DNA of 63,454 bases, the filler included, from Squatina squatina (lineage: Eukaryota), in the NCBI GenBank assembly GCA_031763465.1. It is 3 parts of 3 records of this genome, joined end to end, with 100 filler letters (N's around TTAATTAATTAA, not from the genome) between each part and the next. Parts side by side here need not be neighbours in the genome. Positions count along the whole stretch, not along the records: positions 17,225 to 39,196 come from JARFOE010000013.1; 2 more parts are not named here. The stretch is one strand, 5' to 3'. The translations under genes and the position numbers were made by a program. Every line of letters starts with the position of its first letter. Position 1 is the first letter of the stretch. The notes below the pieces were generated by a model. It saw only the letters and a list, made by a program, of their open reading frames with translations, was not told where the DNA came from and did not search any database. Below, one piece after another: positions 24,020 to 37,815 of the stretch.

Positions 24020-24615
24020 TAGATGTATAACGTTAGATTGGAATGTTTGCTTTGTGGTGGCTTTTAATTCAGCATTGTGGCCAAGAGGACGCTGTGGTGG
24101 TCAGTAACAAAGGGAAGGGAAGGTGTGGGACAAATGTTGAAAGGAGAATTGGGATTGCATTCTTTGCTAATGCAGATGGATGATTTGATCCCAGATATCC
24201 CGACCAGATGGAGGCTATCAGGGTTGCCTCTTTTCTTCTGCTTCTTCCTTCTCCTCTCTTTCCTCTTCTGCTTCCTCTTCTTTTACTTCCTCATCTTCCT
24301 CCTCCTCCTTTTCCTCCTCCTCTTGCTCCTGCTCCTGCTCCTGAGTTGGTGGCCATATCTCTGATGGCCAGGTTGTGGAGGATACAGCAGACTACCATGA
24401 ATCAGGACACAAGCTCTGATGCGTATGGTAGGACTCCTCCAGTGTGGTCCAGGCAGCGGGACTGTTGTTTCAGCATCCCAATGGTCTGCTCTATAATGTT
24501 TCATATGGCAGCAGCGCTCTCGTTGTACGGATGCTGGCCATGTGTGGTTGGGTTGCGGAGCAGGGTCATGAACCAGCTGGTCAAGGGATAGCCCTTGTCG
24601 CCCCAGTAGCCACGT
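24020..24615 (-). mobile_element. Harbinger (HARBI1-like) DDE transposase C-terminal fragment plus 3' UTR, pseudogenised
   Basis: WLLG/DKGYPLTSWFMTLLRNPTTHGQHPYNESAAAI*NIIEQTIGMLKQQSRCLDHTGGVLPYASELVS*FMVVCCILHNLAIR, then a poly-Glu tract and SGRDIWDQIIHLH*. The GDxGY and IEQxIGxLK motifs are typical of the family. Confidence 0.9.
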
Positions 24616-26077
24616 TCGACATCTGGTCGGGATATCCAGGATCAAATCATCCATCTGCAGCAGCAATGAATGCAACCCAATTGGACCCAATAACGCTCAA
24701 ACAACGGGAGCTACACAACCAAAATTCTAGCCCTATGTGTATTGCTCTTCTGAAAGTGCCAATCAACTGCATTGAATTATTGCCACTGTCCCCTATGTAA
24801 TTTTTATTAACGACTTCTGTTTCTAGGCAAAGGAGCAATACCAAGTTGCACGCGAGAGAAACTAGTAATAACTGAAATATTTTCAGAAAGTTTCCAGATG
24901 AAATGTTCAAGTATTTACAAAATGTAAATCACAAAAGCTGTTCTCTATTTTAATGTTCTTATGTTCGGTATTGCTGTTATGGTTTTCAACTACTGTGTAT
25001 TACTTTCAGTGAAACATTTTAATCACATTCATTAGCGCCAATAAGCTGCTATTGTTATGACAATTACCGCTAATGACTTCCGCTCCAAGTCCAGATGGCT
25101 GGCAGTTACTGACAGCACCAGATTGATAAATTTTCCAATTATGCAGAAATTAATATTGAATCCAATTGCATTCTGAACACAGGTTGACCTTACCGTGATG
25201 AGGCAAAATCCTTTTAATCCCCTGAGCATGTTCCCGGAACAAACACAGTTCCAGNNNNNNNNNNNNNNNNNNNNNNNNNNNNNNNNNNNNNNNNNNNNNN
25301 NNNNNNNNNNNNNNNNNNNNNNNNNNNNNNNNNNNNNNNNNNNNNNNNNNNNNNNNNNNNNNNNNNNNNNNNNNNNNNNNNNNNNNNNNNNNNNNNNNNN
25401 NNNNNNNNNNNNNNNNNNNNNNNNNNNNNNNNNNNNNNNNNNNNNNNNNNNNNNNNNNNNNNNNNNNNNNNNNNNNNNNNNNNNNNNNNNNNNNNNNNNN
25501 NNNNNNNNNNNNNNNNNNNNNNNNNNNNNNNNNNNNNNNNNNNNNNNNNNNNNNNNNNNNNNNNNNNNNNNNNNNNNNNNNNNNNNNNNNNNNNNNNNNN
25601 NNNNNNNNNNNNNNNNNNNNNNNNNNNNNNNNNNNNNNNNNNNNNNNNNNNNNNNNNNNNNTGAATATATTACAAGAAGCAGATGAGCAACAAAAATCAT
25701 TAAAGTTCCTTACCACAGAACTCATAAAATTTTCATTCAACTGTAGCACAATGGTATTTTATTGTAACACCAAGAGCTCTTATATCCAGTCATAGAATTT
25801 TCTTTGGTTGTGGAATGGAAATGTTAATCAGTCGCATTATTCTGGTACTATTTCTACTGTGACATCTGCAGTGCTAATAATGTCGTAAATATTTTCTACA
25901 ACTGACCATGAATGCTTGAAATTACTTATTGAAAGTCATATGAAATGATAAGAGTAACAAATTAATGAAGGTATTTTAAAGATGATAGAGTACTTTCAGT
26001 TTAAAGTATGCTCCAGCTAGTTAATGGAAAAGCAATCAAATTTGTTGCCTCGGAGGAGATAGTCATAATTATACTTT

Positions 26078-26826
26078 GGCCCGGAATTTGCTGTCAGCGG
26101 TGAAGCAAAGGCGTTCACCACTGGCCCCTGAAGTAAGTTTTGCACGAAGACCTTACGATCTCAGTATTGTGAACTTTGGGTTTCCCGACGCTCAATTCAA
26201 ATCACTGGCATATAGTGGGGATCCCCTAGTGTGAACTGCTGTCACGTCAAAAGCTGTCTGAGTCGCCAATCAAAACACAGAATTCTCACGGACAGCAAAC
26301 CAGGAAGTGGGCAAGCTCTTAAAGTTCGAACTTTTAAAAAATGTTAGAGAGAGAAAAAGAAATACTGGGGCTCTCACACAGGGAAAAGGCAAACCTAAAA
26401 TAAAAATGAACAAACTTTAAAAAATATATATTTCTTTAAAATTTAAATTTTTACTAAAATGGATAAATTGCAAAATGCACAAAATTAAAATTAGTATTTC
26501 AGGCCCATAACCTTTGTTTAGCAATCAATATGCTGTTAAAACTCCAGTTACACCTAATCCCTTTGGATCCAATTTTTAGTGGGAAATTTAACAGCATAAT
26601 TACTGCGGAATGTTTCATCAGTTACAATTGTTTNNNNNNNNNNNNNNNNNNNNNNNNNNNNNNNNNNNNNNNNNNNNNNNNNNNNNNNNNNNNNNNNNNN
26701 NNNNNNNNNNNNNNNNNNNNNNNNNNNNNNNNNAATCTCTAGCCACAGAGATCACGGGATCTCTGTGGGCAACTTTCTTCAGGGACAGCGACGAATGCCT
26801 TTGCCACTGACCGCAATTTCTGGGCC
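26078..26826. mobile_element. MITE with ~90-bp imperfect terminal inverted repeats (Harbinger-like GGCCC termini)
   Basis: Left end ggcccggaatttgctgtcagcgg...cctgaagtaagtt versus reverse complement of the right end ggcccagaaattgcggtcagtgg...cctgaagaaagtt. It spans a gap. Confidence 0.75.
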
Positions 26827-28166
26827 ATTGTTTTTATCATAATAGGTCTCCAAAGTTCCTTCTGGAAGGCAAACTTAGAATGACTGTGGTTCTCAATATT
26901 GCCCTCATTTCAGTGCATGTCATAACATTAACATTGTTGTCTTTGTTGATGGCATCAGTAGCTTCACAATGGTTGACACCATATGAAAGAGAAATGATGA
27001 CCAACCAGTGTCAATGCAGGCAAACAGGGGGAGATGCCATTTTATCTTCAACAGCTGAGAGGGCCAAGATAATAACTGTTGAGAAAGATCAAAAGTCGTA
27101 TTGACAATAGAAAAGCATAAAGGTCTCCTCAATTCCTTATTTGGTTAACTTATCCAATCTATGAGAACGCAAGCAAGTTAATGGGCACAAATGTTGATAG
27201 GAATCCTCAAGAAAGCTCAGTTATACCTGTCATTATCAGACAGTGATGGAATACTGTATCCGTATTTGCTAGGGCACAATCATTTGCTAAATCAGAATTG
27301 CTGGAGTCGCCTGTTCCATTAGAAATTTGTGACTTGCAATTTGTTAAAATTTATCTGAATCTCTTTATGCTGCCAGCAACCACAAAAGCATCCAATTTGA
27401 GACAATTTTCTTTGCTACAGTTGTCTTCTGCTCTTGTTATGTAAAAATCAATACAGAGGCTGGCTAAGTTCTTCAGTTCAGTCTCCATTCCTAGCATTAG
27501 AATAATCACAAGCGCTGCAGCTNNNNNNNNNNAGGTGACCTCACTGATACTACCTTTATTCAAAACCATCCTGTACAGGAAAAATTGGTATTCTTCAGGT
27601 TATCTCCGATAACAGACTTTGCATCACAATTTTTGACTCTTGGTCTCTGTACTAGGCTCCCTGGAGTCTAATTTTGGTCGGCTTTTACTATTAGCCTTAG
27701 GAAATAAGACTGCAATATATCTCTCACAACTTCACACTGTGTTGATGTGCTCAGTGAGCTAATGTCTTGGATTGTATGTGTTTCAAACGTATTAAAAAGG
27801 TTTCAATGATTTCTTTTTCAGGTATAAAATTTGGATTGTCATACTAATTAACAAATTTAAATTAATCTAGAAAGGACAACTTCAACTTTATGATAAACCA
27901 GTTCAAGAGTCACAGAGATCTATGTGGAACATTGCCCACTTTCTACAGTGTGGTGCATCACACTCATTTAATTGTGCTTTCTCCATAGCAACAGCATGCA
28001 TGAGGCATATAGATCATAATGTCAATAAAACAAGCACATGGTGATATTTCTCCTATTTTTCCTCTGGAAATGGCAGTAGCATGATCTGATATGATGTAAT
28101 TCAATGTAAATACACTTTTCAACCCCAACAGCCATATATGGTATATAATTGTCTTAACACAGTTAG

Positions 28167-28320
28167 AAACATAGACATAGAAACATAGAAAATCGGAGCA
28201 GGAGTAGGCCATTCGGCCCTTCGGGCCTGCTCGCCATTCAACATGGCTGGTCATCTAGGTCAGCACCCTGTTCCCGCTTTCTCCCCATATCCCTTGATCC
28301 CTTTAGCCTTAAGAAATATA
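28167..28320 (-). mobile_element. CR1 LINE 3' end
   Basis: catagaaacatagaaaatcggagcaggagtaggccattcggcccttcgggcctgctc; near-identical to 31626-31770. Confidence 0.88.
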
Positions 28321-31317
28321 NNNNNNNNNNNNNNNNNNNNNNNNNNNNNNNNNNNNNNNNNNNNNNNNNNNNNNNNNNNNNNNNNNNNNNNNNNNNNNNN
28401 NNNNNNNNNNNNNNNNNNNNAGCGGGTTCATGGCTTTGCGTCTAGGAATCCTTGAGGTAAAAGTAATTGGAACAGCAGCCGTGTGGGCATGATTAGACAA
28501 CAGCAGGGCATACAAATGCTGAGACAGCCAAAGAGGCTGAAAGTCACTGCAAGCCTTTGATTTTCTTTTTGTTCAGTGATCTTTACCTACCACTGATTTT
28601 GTCCAGTAAAATCCATATTGATTTTTTTCTTTCCATAGACATTTGCAGAGCTCCCTGTAAACAGAGAACAGCATAGCAGAGTCCAACAAGACTTCAAATA
28701 CCACCTCTCCAGTTACAGCTTTTACTTGTGTCTAATCCTGTGAGCCAACAAAAGTTCTATTATGAAATATTTCTGTGTTGATCTTGAATTCTGAGTTTCA
28801 AAAAGTGCTGTTCATATGCTTGAACCTGTGGACGTGTAGCTTAATGTCATGTCTGGTAGATTTCAAAAAGGTCAATGAATTTAGAATTTAAATTGATTTT
28901 ACTACTTCAGGATTTTAAGACATTAATTCAGCTACATATGCTTGAGTTCCCAGCACAGTATTTTTAATGAGTTTGACAAAATATATCTGATTTAATTCCC
29001 ATTGTAAGATTCTAGATATTCCAAAATGTTCAGACTGACATCAGGTTAGCCAAGCTTGTTGTCAATGTGCACACTCGCTGTATTCTGACCTTGTATTTCT
29101 CAATGCTTCTAACTGTTTAAGATGAGATTTTGAGAGAGCAAGGACTAGTGAAACCACAGAAGAGTTTTATTTCTTCCCACAAGATTATATTCCTAGCATC
29201 ATCTCATCACTGCTGTCTTTCCATCAGAAAATAATAGTGGTTACTGCATAATTTATAAAGGGNNNNNNNNNNNNNNNNNNNNNNNNNNNNNNNNNNNNNN
29301 NNNNNNNNNNNNNNNNNNNNNNNNNNNNNNNNNNNNNNNNNNNNNNNNNNNNNNNNNNNNNNCAGCCCCTCCCATATGTTTCCCCTTCCCCATCCCCATC
29401 TCTATCTAGTTATCCCCAGCCATCAAATCCTGCTGGACCTGAATACTGCACTTGGTCATGACTCTCCTAGTGAAATGCCATAGGAGATGGATTAGTGTTG
29501 CTTTGAAGCTAAAACACACTGTATGAATAACATCGGTTAATCACTGGTTAAAAAAATGCAACCTTCTTTTATACCCTCTTATTACATTTCCTCACAGCAC
29601 TCAGTCTCCTAATCAGTACACCTACAATGTCAATTGCTAATTTAATGTCCAATCTAAACTTGTAAAAAGTATAAATCATTTAAAAAAGCAGTTGCTGTAG
29701 CAGAAATAAAGGCTGAAGATCAATTCCAATATTCTGCTGGAGCTTCATGTTTTGCAGTGTGATCAGAAACTTTGGTTTGAATTGTTGTGATACCATTTTT
29801 GGATAAGTAGCCTTCATTCTGTGTGTCATTTTGATGTAGCCAAATTAGAAGCTCCTTTGGTTAAGAAAGCAGTGAAACCTCAGTGCAATGCCATCCCTTT
29901 TCATTTTCTTCTCATTGGCATTCATAGTGTTACTCAATACTCCTTTTCACATTGCACAAACAATATTTATTTTCTCTGATGCAGGTATTCACAATGAGTC
30001 ATTTTATTAATACTCTTGATTCATTTGCAAGCATGAAACACTCGTTTAGAATTTGCATGTCCAGAAGCAGCTTTCCCAATGTCCAACAAACCAGCAATGT
30101 AACACGATGGCATATTCTATTATTGACTTGAGTTCACTTACTTAAAAAAACATTACGGCCTTGAAATTATTCTTGTGTTTTTAATGAAGGGTTATCTGAG
30201 CATTGCTTACTCTGTCCACAGGAGGTGCAAATCTTGCACAATATTAATAACTTCCCTTAATATATATCTTCAGGTTGGTCATCTTTTGGGCTGGGCAAGT
30301 TTGTAGCATATCATTCACTCAGTCTGCTATTTTTAGTCATGCCTGACAAACGTTCAGTGGGAGAGGAGGGGTGTNNNNNNNNNNNNNNNNNNNNNNNNNN
30401 NNNNNNNNNNNNNNNNNNNNNNNNNNNNNNNNNNNNNNNNNNNNNNNNNNNNNNNNNNNNNNNNNNNNNNNNNNTGTAAACAGAGAGAGAAAAAAAGAGA
30501 ACAAAAGAGAGAAAAAAAGAGAAAAAAAAGACATGGTCTGGAATATAATTAAATGAAAATTACATTTCAAATGAGCTATACATTTCTTTTGTATTTGGAA
30601 GTTTAAATGAATGTCAACTATGTTTCAAAGAGCGGAAGGTCTGTGTAATGTCGGTATCATCCACGCAGACTGCATACAAGCTGCTAGGGTGTTTGATCTT
30701 CAATACTGGCTAGTTTTTACCTACAGTCACATTCCCATTGTCTGCAACACTCTCAAATTTATTGGCCACCTTTTGATTGAAATAATTGTTAGGCTGCAGG
30801 CCAAGTATCATACAGGTTTTTGAGTAATTCTAAAATATGAGTTCCTAAGCATAGTTTATATGGAAGAAAGGTTATTGTTTGCTCTCTGGCCTTACGTTCA
30901 AAGCACAAGAACTTGAAATGAGAAACAAAGGATGACACTGCAGTGATAATTACTTTTTAGTGCCACAAAATTAGGATTCAGTTGCTACCGTGCTCACAAA
31001 ATTTATAATTTCACTGCACTCTACATTTCAAATTTAGAATATTGTAGCTTGTGGGTACAATAAGACAGCTAATGGATTTTTCACAGAATAGTCTCAGGAT
31101 ATAATCACCTGTTCTCTGGCAGAAAGTGACCTATTGAGCTTTGGAAATTTCGGAGAGATATCATCACCAATGTTGCTAGCAGAGCTTTTTACTATTATTG
31201 GTCGAAACGCCATTATTGCATTATAAATTGACAAAAAGTATTTTTTATTGTTAAGTATGTTAAGTATGTTAAGTATGTTTTATTGTTACTTGCTTAGTCT
31301 TGAATAGCAGTTATGCA

Positions 31318-31620
31318 CACAACAACAAAAACAACAACTTGGTATTTATACAGAGCCTTTTAACATAGTAAACTGTCCCAAGCTGCTTCACAGGAGCATT
31401 ATCAAACAAAATTTGACACAGAGCCACATAAGGACAGATGACCAAAAGCTTGGTCTTAAAGGAGGAAAGGGAGGTAGAGAGGTGGGAAACGCTGAAGGAG
31501 GGAATTCCAGAGCTTAGGGCCAAGACAGCATGGACACGATGGGCTGAATGGCCTCCTTCAGCGCTGTAAATTTCTATGATTCTATGACAGCTGAAAGCAC
31601 GGCCACCAATGGTTGAATGA
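31318..31620 (-). mobile_element. L2 LINE 3' end interrupted by a CR1 tail
   Basis: (aac)n tail, ttatcaaacaaaatttgacac and ttccagagcttagggcc...cagctgaaagcacggccaccaatggt are typical of the shark L2 3' end. Confidence 0.75.
31530..31585 (+). mobile_element. 5'-truncated CR1-type insertion with 6-bp target-site duplication GACAGC
   Basis: atggacacgatgggctgaatggcctcc...ttctatgattctat is flanked by gacagc at 31524-31529 and 31586-31591. Confidence 0.85.
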
Positions 31621-31625
31621 TTCAA

Positions 31626-31770
31626 CATAGAAACATAGAAGAGAGGAGCAGGAGTAGGCCATTCTGCCCTTTGAGCCTGCTCCGCCATTCAAGGAGATCA
31701 TGGCTGATCTTCCAAATTCAGTACCCTGTCCCTGCTTTCTCCCCATATCCCTTGATCCCTTTAGCCTTAA
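31626..31770 (-). mobile_element. CR1 LINE 3' end
   Basis: catagaaacatagaa...ggagcaggagtaggccattctgcccttgagcctgctccgccattcaa. Confidence 0.88.
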
Positions 31771-32472
31771 NNNNNNNNNNNNNNNNNNNNNNNNNNNNNN
31801 NNNNNNNNNNNNNNNNNNNNNNNNNNNNNNNNNNNNNNNNNNNNNNNNNNNNNNNNNNNNNNNNNNNNNNGTTTATTTTTTGTGATTAAACCCATTTTCA
31901 GCTGTATTGGTAAAACTGCAGCAGGTTGCCACCCTTAAGTATACGTAGGAATAGTTCTTAATGCAAATTTTTTTTTAAAGTTCCAAAATGCTGCTTGGTT
32001 GTGCGAGTCCATGAAAGATTTTACATTTGTCGATATGCAAATGAATTTGAGTGGAAACTTGAGCAAAATAATCACTTTGCAAAACGAACACAATTTAAAG
32101 TGCACTTTTCAGGCGGATTGCCGATTGCGCCCAAAGCAGAATTTCTTGGCCGTTATTTTGAGTAACAGGTTGTTGTTCCATGTGTTCTTTTCGTTTTAAG
32201 TTGTCAACCCATGTACCGTGTTGAGTGCTAGACTCTTAATTCCTGTACTGTGCTCAGTACTTAAGTCCTCATCATTTCACGTGAATGAGTACTAGGTTGT
32301 TAGTTAGTAGTCGGTTGAGTACTAGGCACTAGACTCTTAGGGGGCACAATTCACCTCTGCTTTCATCCTGTTAGCACCAGGCTGTTCATAATCTTGGCAC
32401 CCTATTTGACCCTGAGACAGGGCCAGGGAGGGGGATGGAATTGGTGGCGAGTGAATGGGGTTTGTCGCGGGG

Positions 32473-32551
32473 GCCATGATCTCATTGAATGGCGGAGCAG
32501 GCTCGAGGGGCCAAATGGCCGACTCCTGCTCCTATTTGTTATGCTCTTATG
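32473..32551 (+). mobile_element. CR1 3' tail inserted in a MITE-like element
   Basis: gccatgatctcattgaatggcggagcaggctcgaggggccaaatggccgactcctgctcctatttgttatgctcttatg. Confidence 0.8.
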
Positions 32552-34023
32552 CAATTTCAGACACTTCCCTGCTCAGCAAGAAAGCTAACCACACAATGGT
32601 GGGTGCGTGTGTTTACTTACGAGCCCGTTGAGTGAAATATTTAAAGGCCTCAGCATTTCTGCCCTTGTGCCTTGCTGCAGGTGTTTTGTGCTCGAGGTCG
32701 TGCAAGACAAGTTGTCTCACAGATAATCACAAGAAAGTGAGGAGCTGCTGTATGTGGAACTTCAAAAAAGTTCCCACAAGAACCACAGCAAAGTCACGCT
32801 GGAAACTGTGACCTCACGCTTGAATGCAGCGGCTGCGCGCGGGCAGGAAGCGAGGCAAGCAGCAAGTTTCTACGACAGGGGAAAGAAATTTGCCGCTTTA
32901 CAAATGAAATGACTTTTCTGCTGTTTTGTCTCTTTATTTCCTGATTCATGCTGGGGTACAATCCCAGAGGTGCCAGATGCTTCAGGTACCTGCCCACGTG
33001 GCGTGAGGCTAGACGGTGAGTATTGACCAGCTGTTCGACTGTGGAGGGCATCACGGCTGATGCCCACTCTAACCTAGCGAGAGCTCTGGCTAATTTTCTC
33101 TTGCCCTGTCGAGACTCCCTGAGGCAAACTGCAGCACCTCCAATTCTGCTCCATCCGACGCAGTATGCACCCGGGATCAAAACTGGCACCTTCTTGGTCT
33201 ATACAGTTCCATTCCACNNNNNNNNNNNNNNNNNNNNNNNNNNNNNNNNNNNNNNNNNNNNNNNNNNNNNNNNNNNNNNNNNNNNNNNNNNNNNNNNNNN
33301 NNNNNNNNNNNNNNNNNATTTAGCATTTGCCTGATTTCAGTTTTGCTTTAAAACTTACTTTGCTGCTATATACAGAATGGATTCTGCTCACCTCTCACTG
33401 TGTCTAGATGATTTTATCTTAATCAGCTGTGTCCAGGATTCCATACAAGTATGCTAATAAGAAAGGAGTCAAGACATATACTGAATTGGGAGCAGGATGG
33501 ATTTTCATCATACGTATTGTGCAACTAAAATCTCTTTCAATTTGTAAGCTAATATTAAGGATTTTTTGGACCCTACTGTTATTTGAAATGTATAAACAGC
33601 AGCTCAATGTTTTCTGAGGTATATTATATGGATTCACAGCATTACCTTTCTGGTCTTGAAAGACGAATATGAAGGTCTCTTTCTGGGTAAAGCATAATAA
33701 GCACTAAAAAAAACAAATTCATTAGATTTCTAAGTTACGTATTTATTTTAAAAGACAATGATAATTTTACAACATTACATATGATGCAGGGGACTGTAAT
33801 AATTTCACTTTACAATTCAATCAGTAATTATTGACCTACCCTGTCACTTAAAGATTCATTAATCAATTATCATGAAATAAGTTAGCACAGAGGCAATTTG
33901 CTGTATTATTTCAACATTGTTACNNNNNNNNNNNNNNNNNNNNNNNNNNNNNNNNNNNNNNNNNNNNNNNNNNNNNNNNNNNNNNNNNNNNNNNNNNNNN
34001 NNNNNNNNNNNNNNNNNNNNNNN

Positions 34024-34208
34024 AGTATAAAGTCAGGTGATTCCTGTAAGCCCGCCTCTCTCTCTTTCTCCAGTGACTCCGAGAGCTCGCCTGAGCTGGG
34101 GGTCCCTGCCTGGAGCCCAGAGCAGGGCTAGTCGATGTAAAGCTTGTATATAGTTCCCAGCCTAGACATAGTCTTAGTCAAGTGCTGGAGAGTTTGTTAC
34201 TCAATACA
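34024..34208 (+). mobile_element. Possible LTR fragment
   Basis: A TATA-like gtataaa at the contig start, a GC-rich body and an end in ...aataCA. The resemblance is only compositional. Confidence 0.25.
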
Positions 34209-37200
34209 GTGAGTTGTTTTAAGTGCAGTGTCACATCAGTCATTCCAGCTCCACCCTGCACATGATACATAAAAAAATACACAACTGAGTGATAGAATTT
34301 GCAACACTACTCTGATCAGTTTTTATTATGTTCTGCAGAAACAATTGACTTACCTAACAGTTTTTGCTCATGAAGTATCGTCTGTTTCAGAGCTGTGTTT
34401 GTGTGGTCACCCAGACAGTGGCTTTCTACCTTTCCTGAGTCTCCTCTACCTTCTTTACTTGTGATCAATAACTTATCCTGAGTCTCCTCCTCAAGCTCAC
34501 TAATAATCTTTTATGTTGTGTCTCTGAACTTGCCCCTGCCTCCAGTAGTGTGAATGATGCTGAATGCAGAAGCGATCATTATAATCAAAAATAACTGCTT
34601 TCTTCCTCCTAGGTTATGGCCATTCTGCAAAAAGAGAAGATATGGCGTCTGATATCATGTCTGGGAATTTATGCATAGTGGTACTATGCTGACGGCCCAT
34701 GTTAGGACCAATTTTCTGTTGGTTTTCTGCGATAAGGGATTTAAAATGTAACTATTCCACAATAAGCAATTGTGGAGTAAATACAAGAAGTTTGGATAAA
34801 TTTATTAAAAAACAAAAGTTAGTTTAATAATTGTTGGTTTTTATACTATTGCATTGAATCACCTCTTCTATAACATGCATTGTTTACATCTCCCGGTATA
34901 TAAACATCATATAGTGAAACAAACATCATATCAAACACTCTCTACACAATGTGTCCCTTGCTGTAACACATTTTAATATAGTCACCTATACATAAAAGAT
35001 ATACTATGTGTATTTGATCTCCCTTTCATTTAAAAGACTGATAAAATGGTTGTACTATAATTGATCTTAAATTTGATTTTTCATCAAGGCTGTTGGCTTC
35101 AAATTTAAACCTTGTCAACCTTGTGTGTGCCATTGCCCAGCTTCATATTTGTTTGAAAAGAACATCATGGGCCTGAAATTCAGCACTTTTTAGCACCTCT
35201 TTTGCATTTGCATCCATCGCCAATGTGTGCATTTAGCAGAACATGATGCAAAGGTTAGTTGCACATATTTTAGTGCAAGTACAATATTTACATGGAGAAA
35301 TTAACTTCTTTGGTATGAATGGTACATGTGTGACTCCCATCAGTATTAGCACATGATATACATACATCAGGCATGTACTATGCAAACTCCATTTAAATAT
35401 TCTGACAGACATCAAAAAGACAACTTCAATCAATTGCCTTTCATTTTTCACTGTAAATTAAAACTTAGTCTGAGTGTAACTTCTATAGGTAAGCTCAGCA
35501 AGTCTATGGTCCCATCAAAGAGCTTCGCTTGACAGAATTGCCGGTTGGAGAATCGTGGTTATGATGTTGTAAATATTTGCAATTTTCAACTTGATTACAG
35601 TTAATTTCGATCTACCCATAATACTTTTCACTTTAACAATTTACCACCGTGTTAATCTATGTTAGAATTTGTTGGAAACCTGTGTTAATTTGTATTAAAA
35701 CAGCTCAAGTGCAACTTGGCGCTTACACTGTAGTTTTGCACGTGGCAGTACGTTAAAATTCCCACTAGGTAGATCATTGTTCAAATTCAGTAACACAAAA
35801 GTCCCTTAAAATTATATAAATTTCACAATGCTTTCCAGTGACACAAGGAAACACAGGAGATAAATATTAATTCACATCCTAGCACTTCAAGTTGTTATTA
35901 CACTGGGATTTACAAGTGATCAGTGACACACAAGGTACGATCACAATATTGCAGTTTGATAAATGGATTAAGCTGTTGGTTTAACGGTGGTGGGGCGCTG
36001 AGTAGAGTAAGAGCTATGAAGTATGGTTCCTTAAAGACACTAATCAAGGGTTTCAAGTTAGTTTGTCAATTAAGAAAATTTCTTGTAGGTTTTAGAATAA
36101 ATATTTGTGATACAATTTTAAATGAAAACAATTATTTCAGAAACTGATTTAGGTTTTAGAATTCATGTGAAACAGCACAGGTCAATGGTATCAATCATTC
36201 ATGAACTAAGCTGCAGGTGGCAGCACTGTCACTCCTGTTTATTTTCAAAAGGCCATTTGTTTTTTATTTTCCAAGTCTTTTCATCAAGCCTTTAAAAAAC
36301 AGAGAACATGTAATCTTTATGTAAGCAGCTATGGGGGGATGTGATCTTAAGGATTGTTTGATAAAACTACATGGAGGGTGAAAGTCAGTAGCATCTCTGT
36401 GAAGGCATTGCAAAGATTTTTAGCACCTTAATCGCACATGGCCGTGGACGCGTTATAACATTGCAAAATTCAGCTTTTTTCGAAGTTTTTTCGGAGCGGC
36501 ACATTCTGGAGGCACTAAATGCTCACTTAGGGTGTGAAGTACAGAGGCGAGGTGCTGCCGCCAGAGTCCAGCTCCTTACTACACAGTGAAGCCAAAGACT
36601 TCAGAGTCAAGGAGCTGAATGCAGATTCAAGGAAAAATGCTTGACTGAAGGAGTTGGCATCAGAGATAAGGGGATCAGACCAGATTATAGTAGAACAGTG
36701 CTGAGTAAATGAAATCACACAAAACTGTAGGAACAGGCCTCCTTCAAGGATATCAGAGCAGACTAACGGAAAAGAGGGCAGAGTCCATTTGACAGCTCAG
36801 TGAAGTGGCTGATGCCAGATTCAGGAAGCTGAGACCTGAGTGAGGGGGAGGAGCTCAGGGGAATCACTCTTGAATGCAGTAAGTTCTTTCAGCTGACACA
36901 GATGGCTGTTCAATTACTTGGCCAGTTTCTTCATTGAAATAAAAGCATGGATACTTAACACTTTAGCTGCTGCTTTGGTNNNNNNNNNNNNNNNNNNNNN
37001 NNNNNNNNNNNNNNNNNNNNNNNNNNNNNNNNNNNNNNNNNNNNNNNNNNNNNNNNNNNNNNNNNNNNNNNNNNNNNNNTATTAGGAAAAAAATTATGAT
37101 TTAATTGGACTTCATATAAGGTGACATCTTATAAGGGAAAAAAAAGCTTTCATTCATTATTCCTTATATTGTGGACATTGGTGTTTTATATACTTAATGC

Positions 37201-37815
37201 CTTTCCTAGTTTGTACATCTGAGTGAAGTAACACTCTAAAATCCTATTTTTGAGGCAATACTATTTTTATTCTATTGCCTTGTATATTTTCGAGTCAAAA
37301 GATTAATGTTTTCCTTTTTTAAAAATTCCCCCTCTGGCTTACCTCCAGCATTGAAATTGAGGTGCTGCCAGTTGTTAAGTGACTTATTTGTAAAGTGTCT
37401 TATAGTTTTCTTTCATTGGTTTAAAACAACATTCTAACCTATACATAAAACATTAACTTTTTTTGTATTTGTTCTTGGGACCTGGCCAATACCAACAAGG
37501 CAGCATTTACTGGTATTAAGGAGTCAACCTTGTAGTGTGAGACTGGAGTCATTTGTAGTCCAGACCAGGCAATCTTCCTTCCCTGAATTGCAGTAATGAA
37601 CCAGTTGGGATTTTACAAATATTTGTCATGTTTTCTGGTGCTTGTCCATAAATTATCACATTTCTTGAATTCAATTTACCATGGTGGGATTTGAACTCGT
37701 GACTTCTATGTTGCAAGTTTTAATGTTGCATGTTCTAATTTACCATAACCACTAAATTATTATGCCCACAGTGTGAGAGTTATAATTTTAAGAACAGTTT
37801 TTTTTCCAACTTTAG

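Noticed and set aside
24077-24364. Very hydrophobic 95-aa ORF as a membrane protein
   Set aside because: It is the antisense of the Harbinger transposase poly-Glu tract.
36208-36228. CTCF-like motif gctgcaggtggcagca (similar at about 38890 and 56545)
   Set aside because: A short degenerate motif with no independent support from sequence alone.
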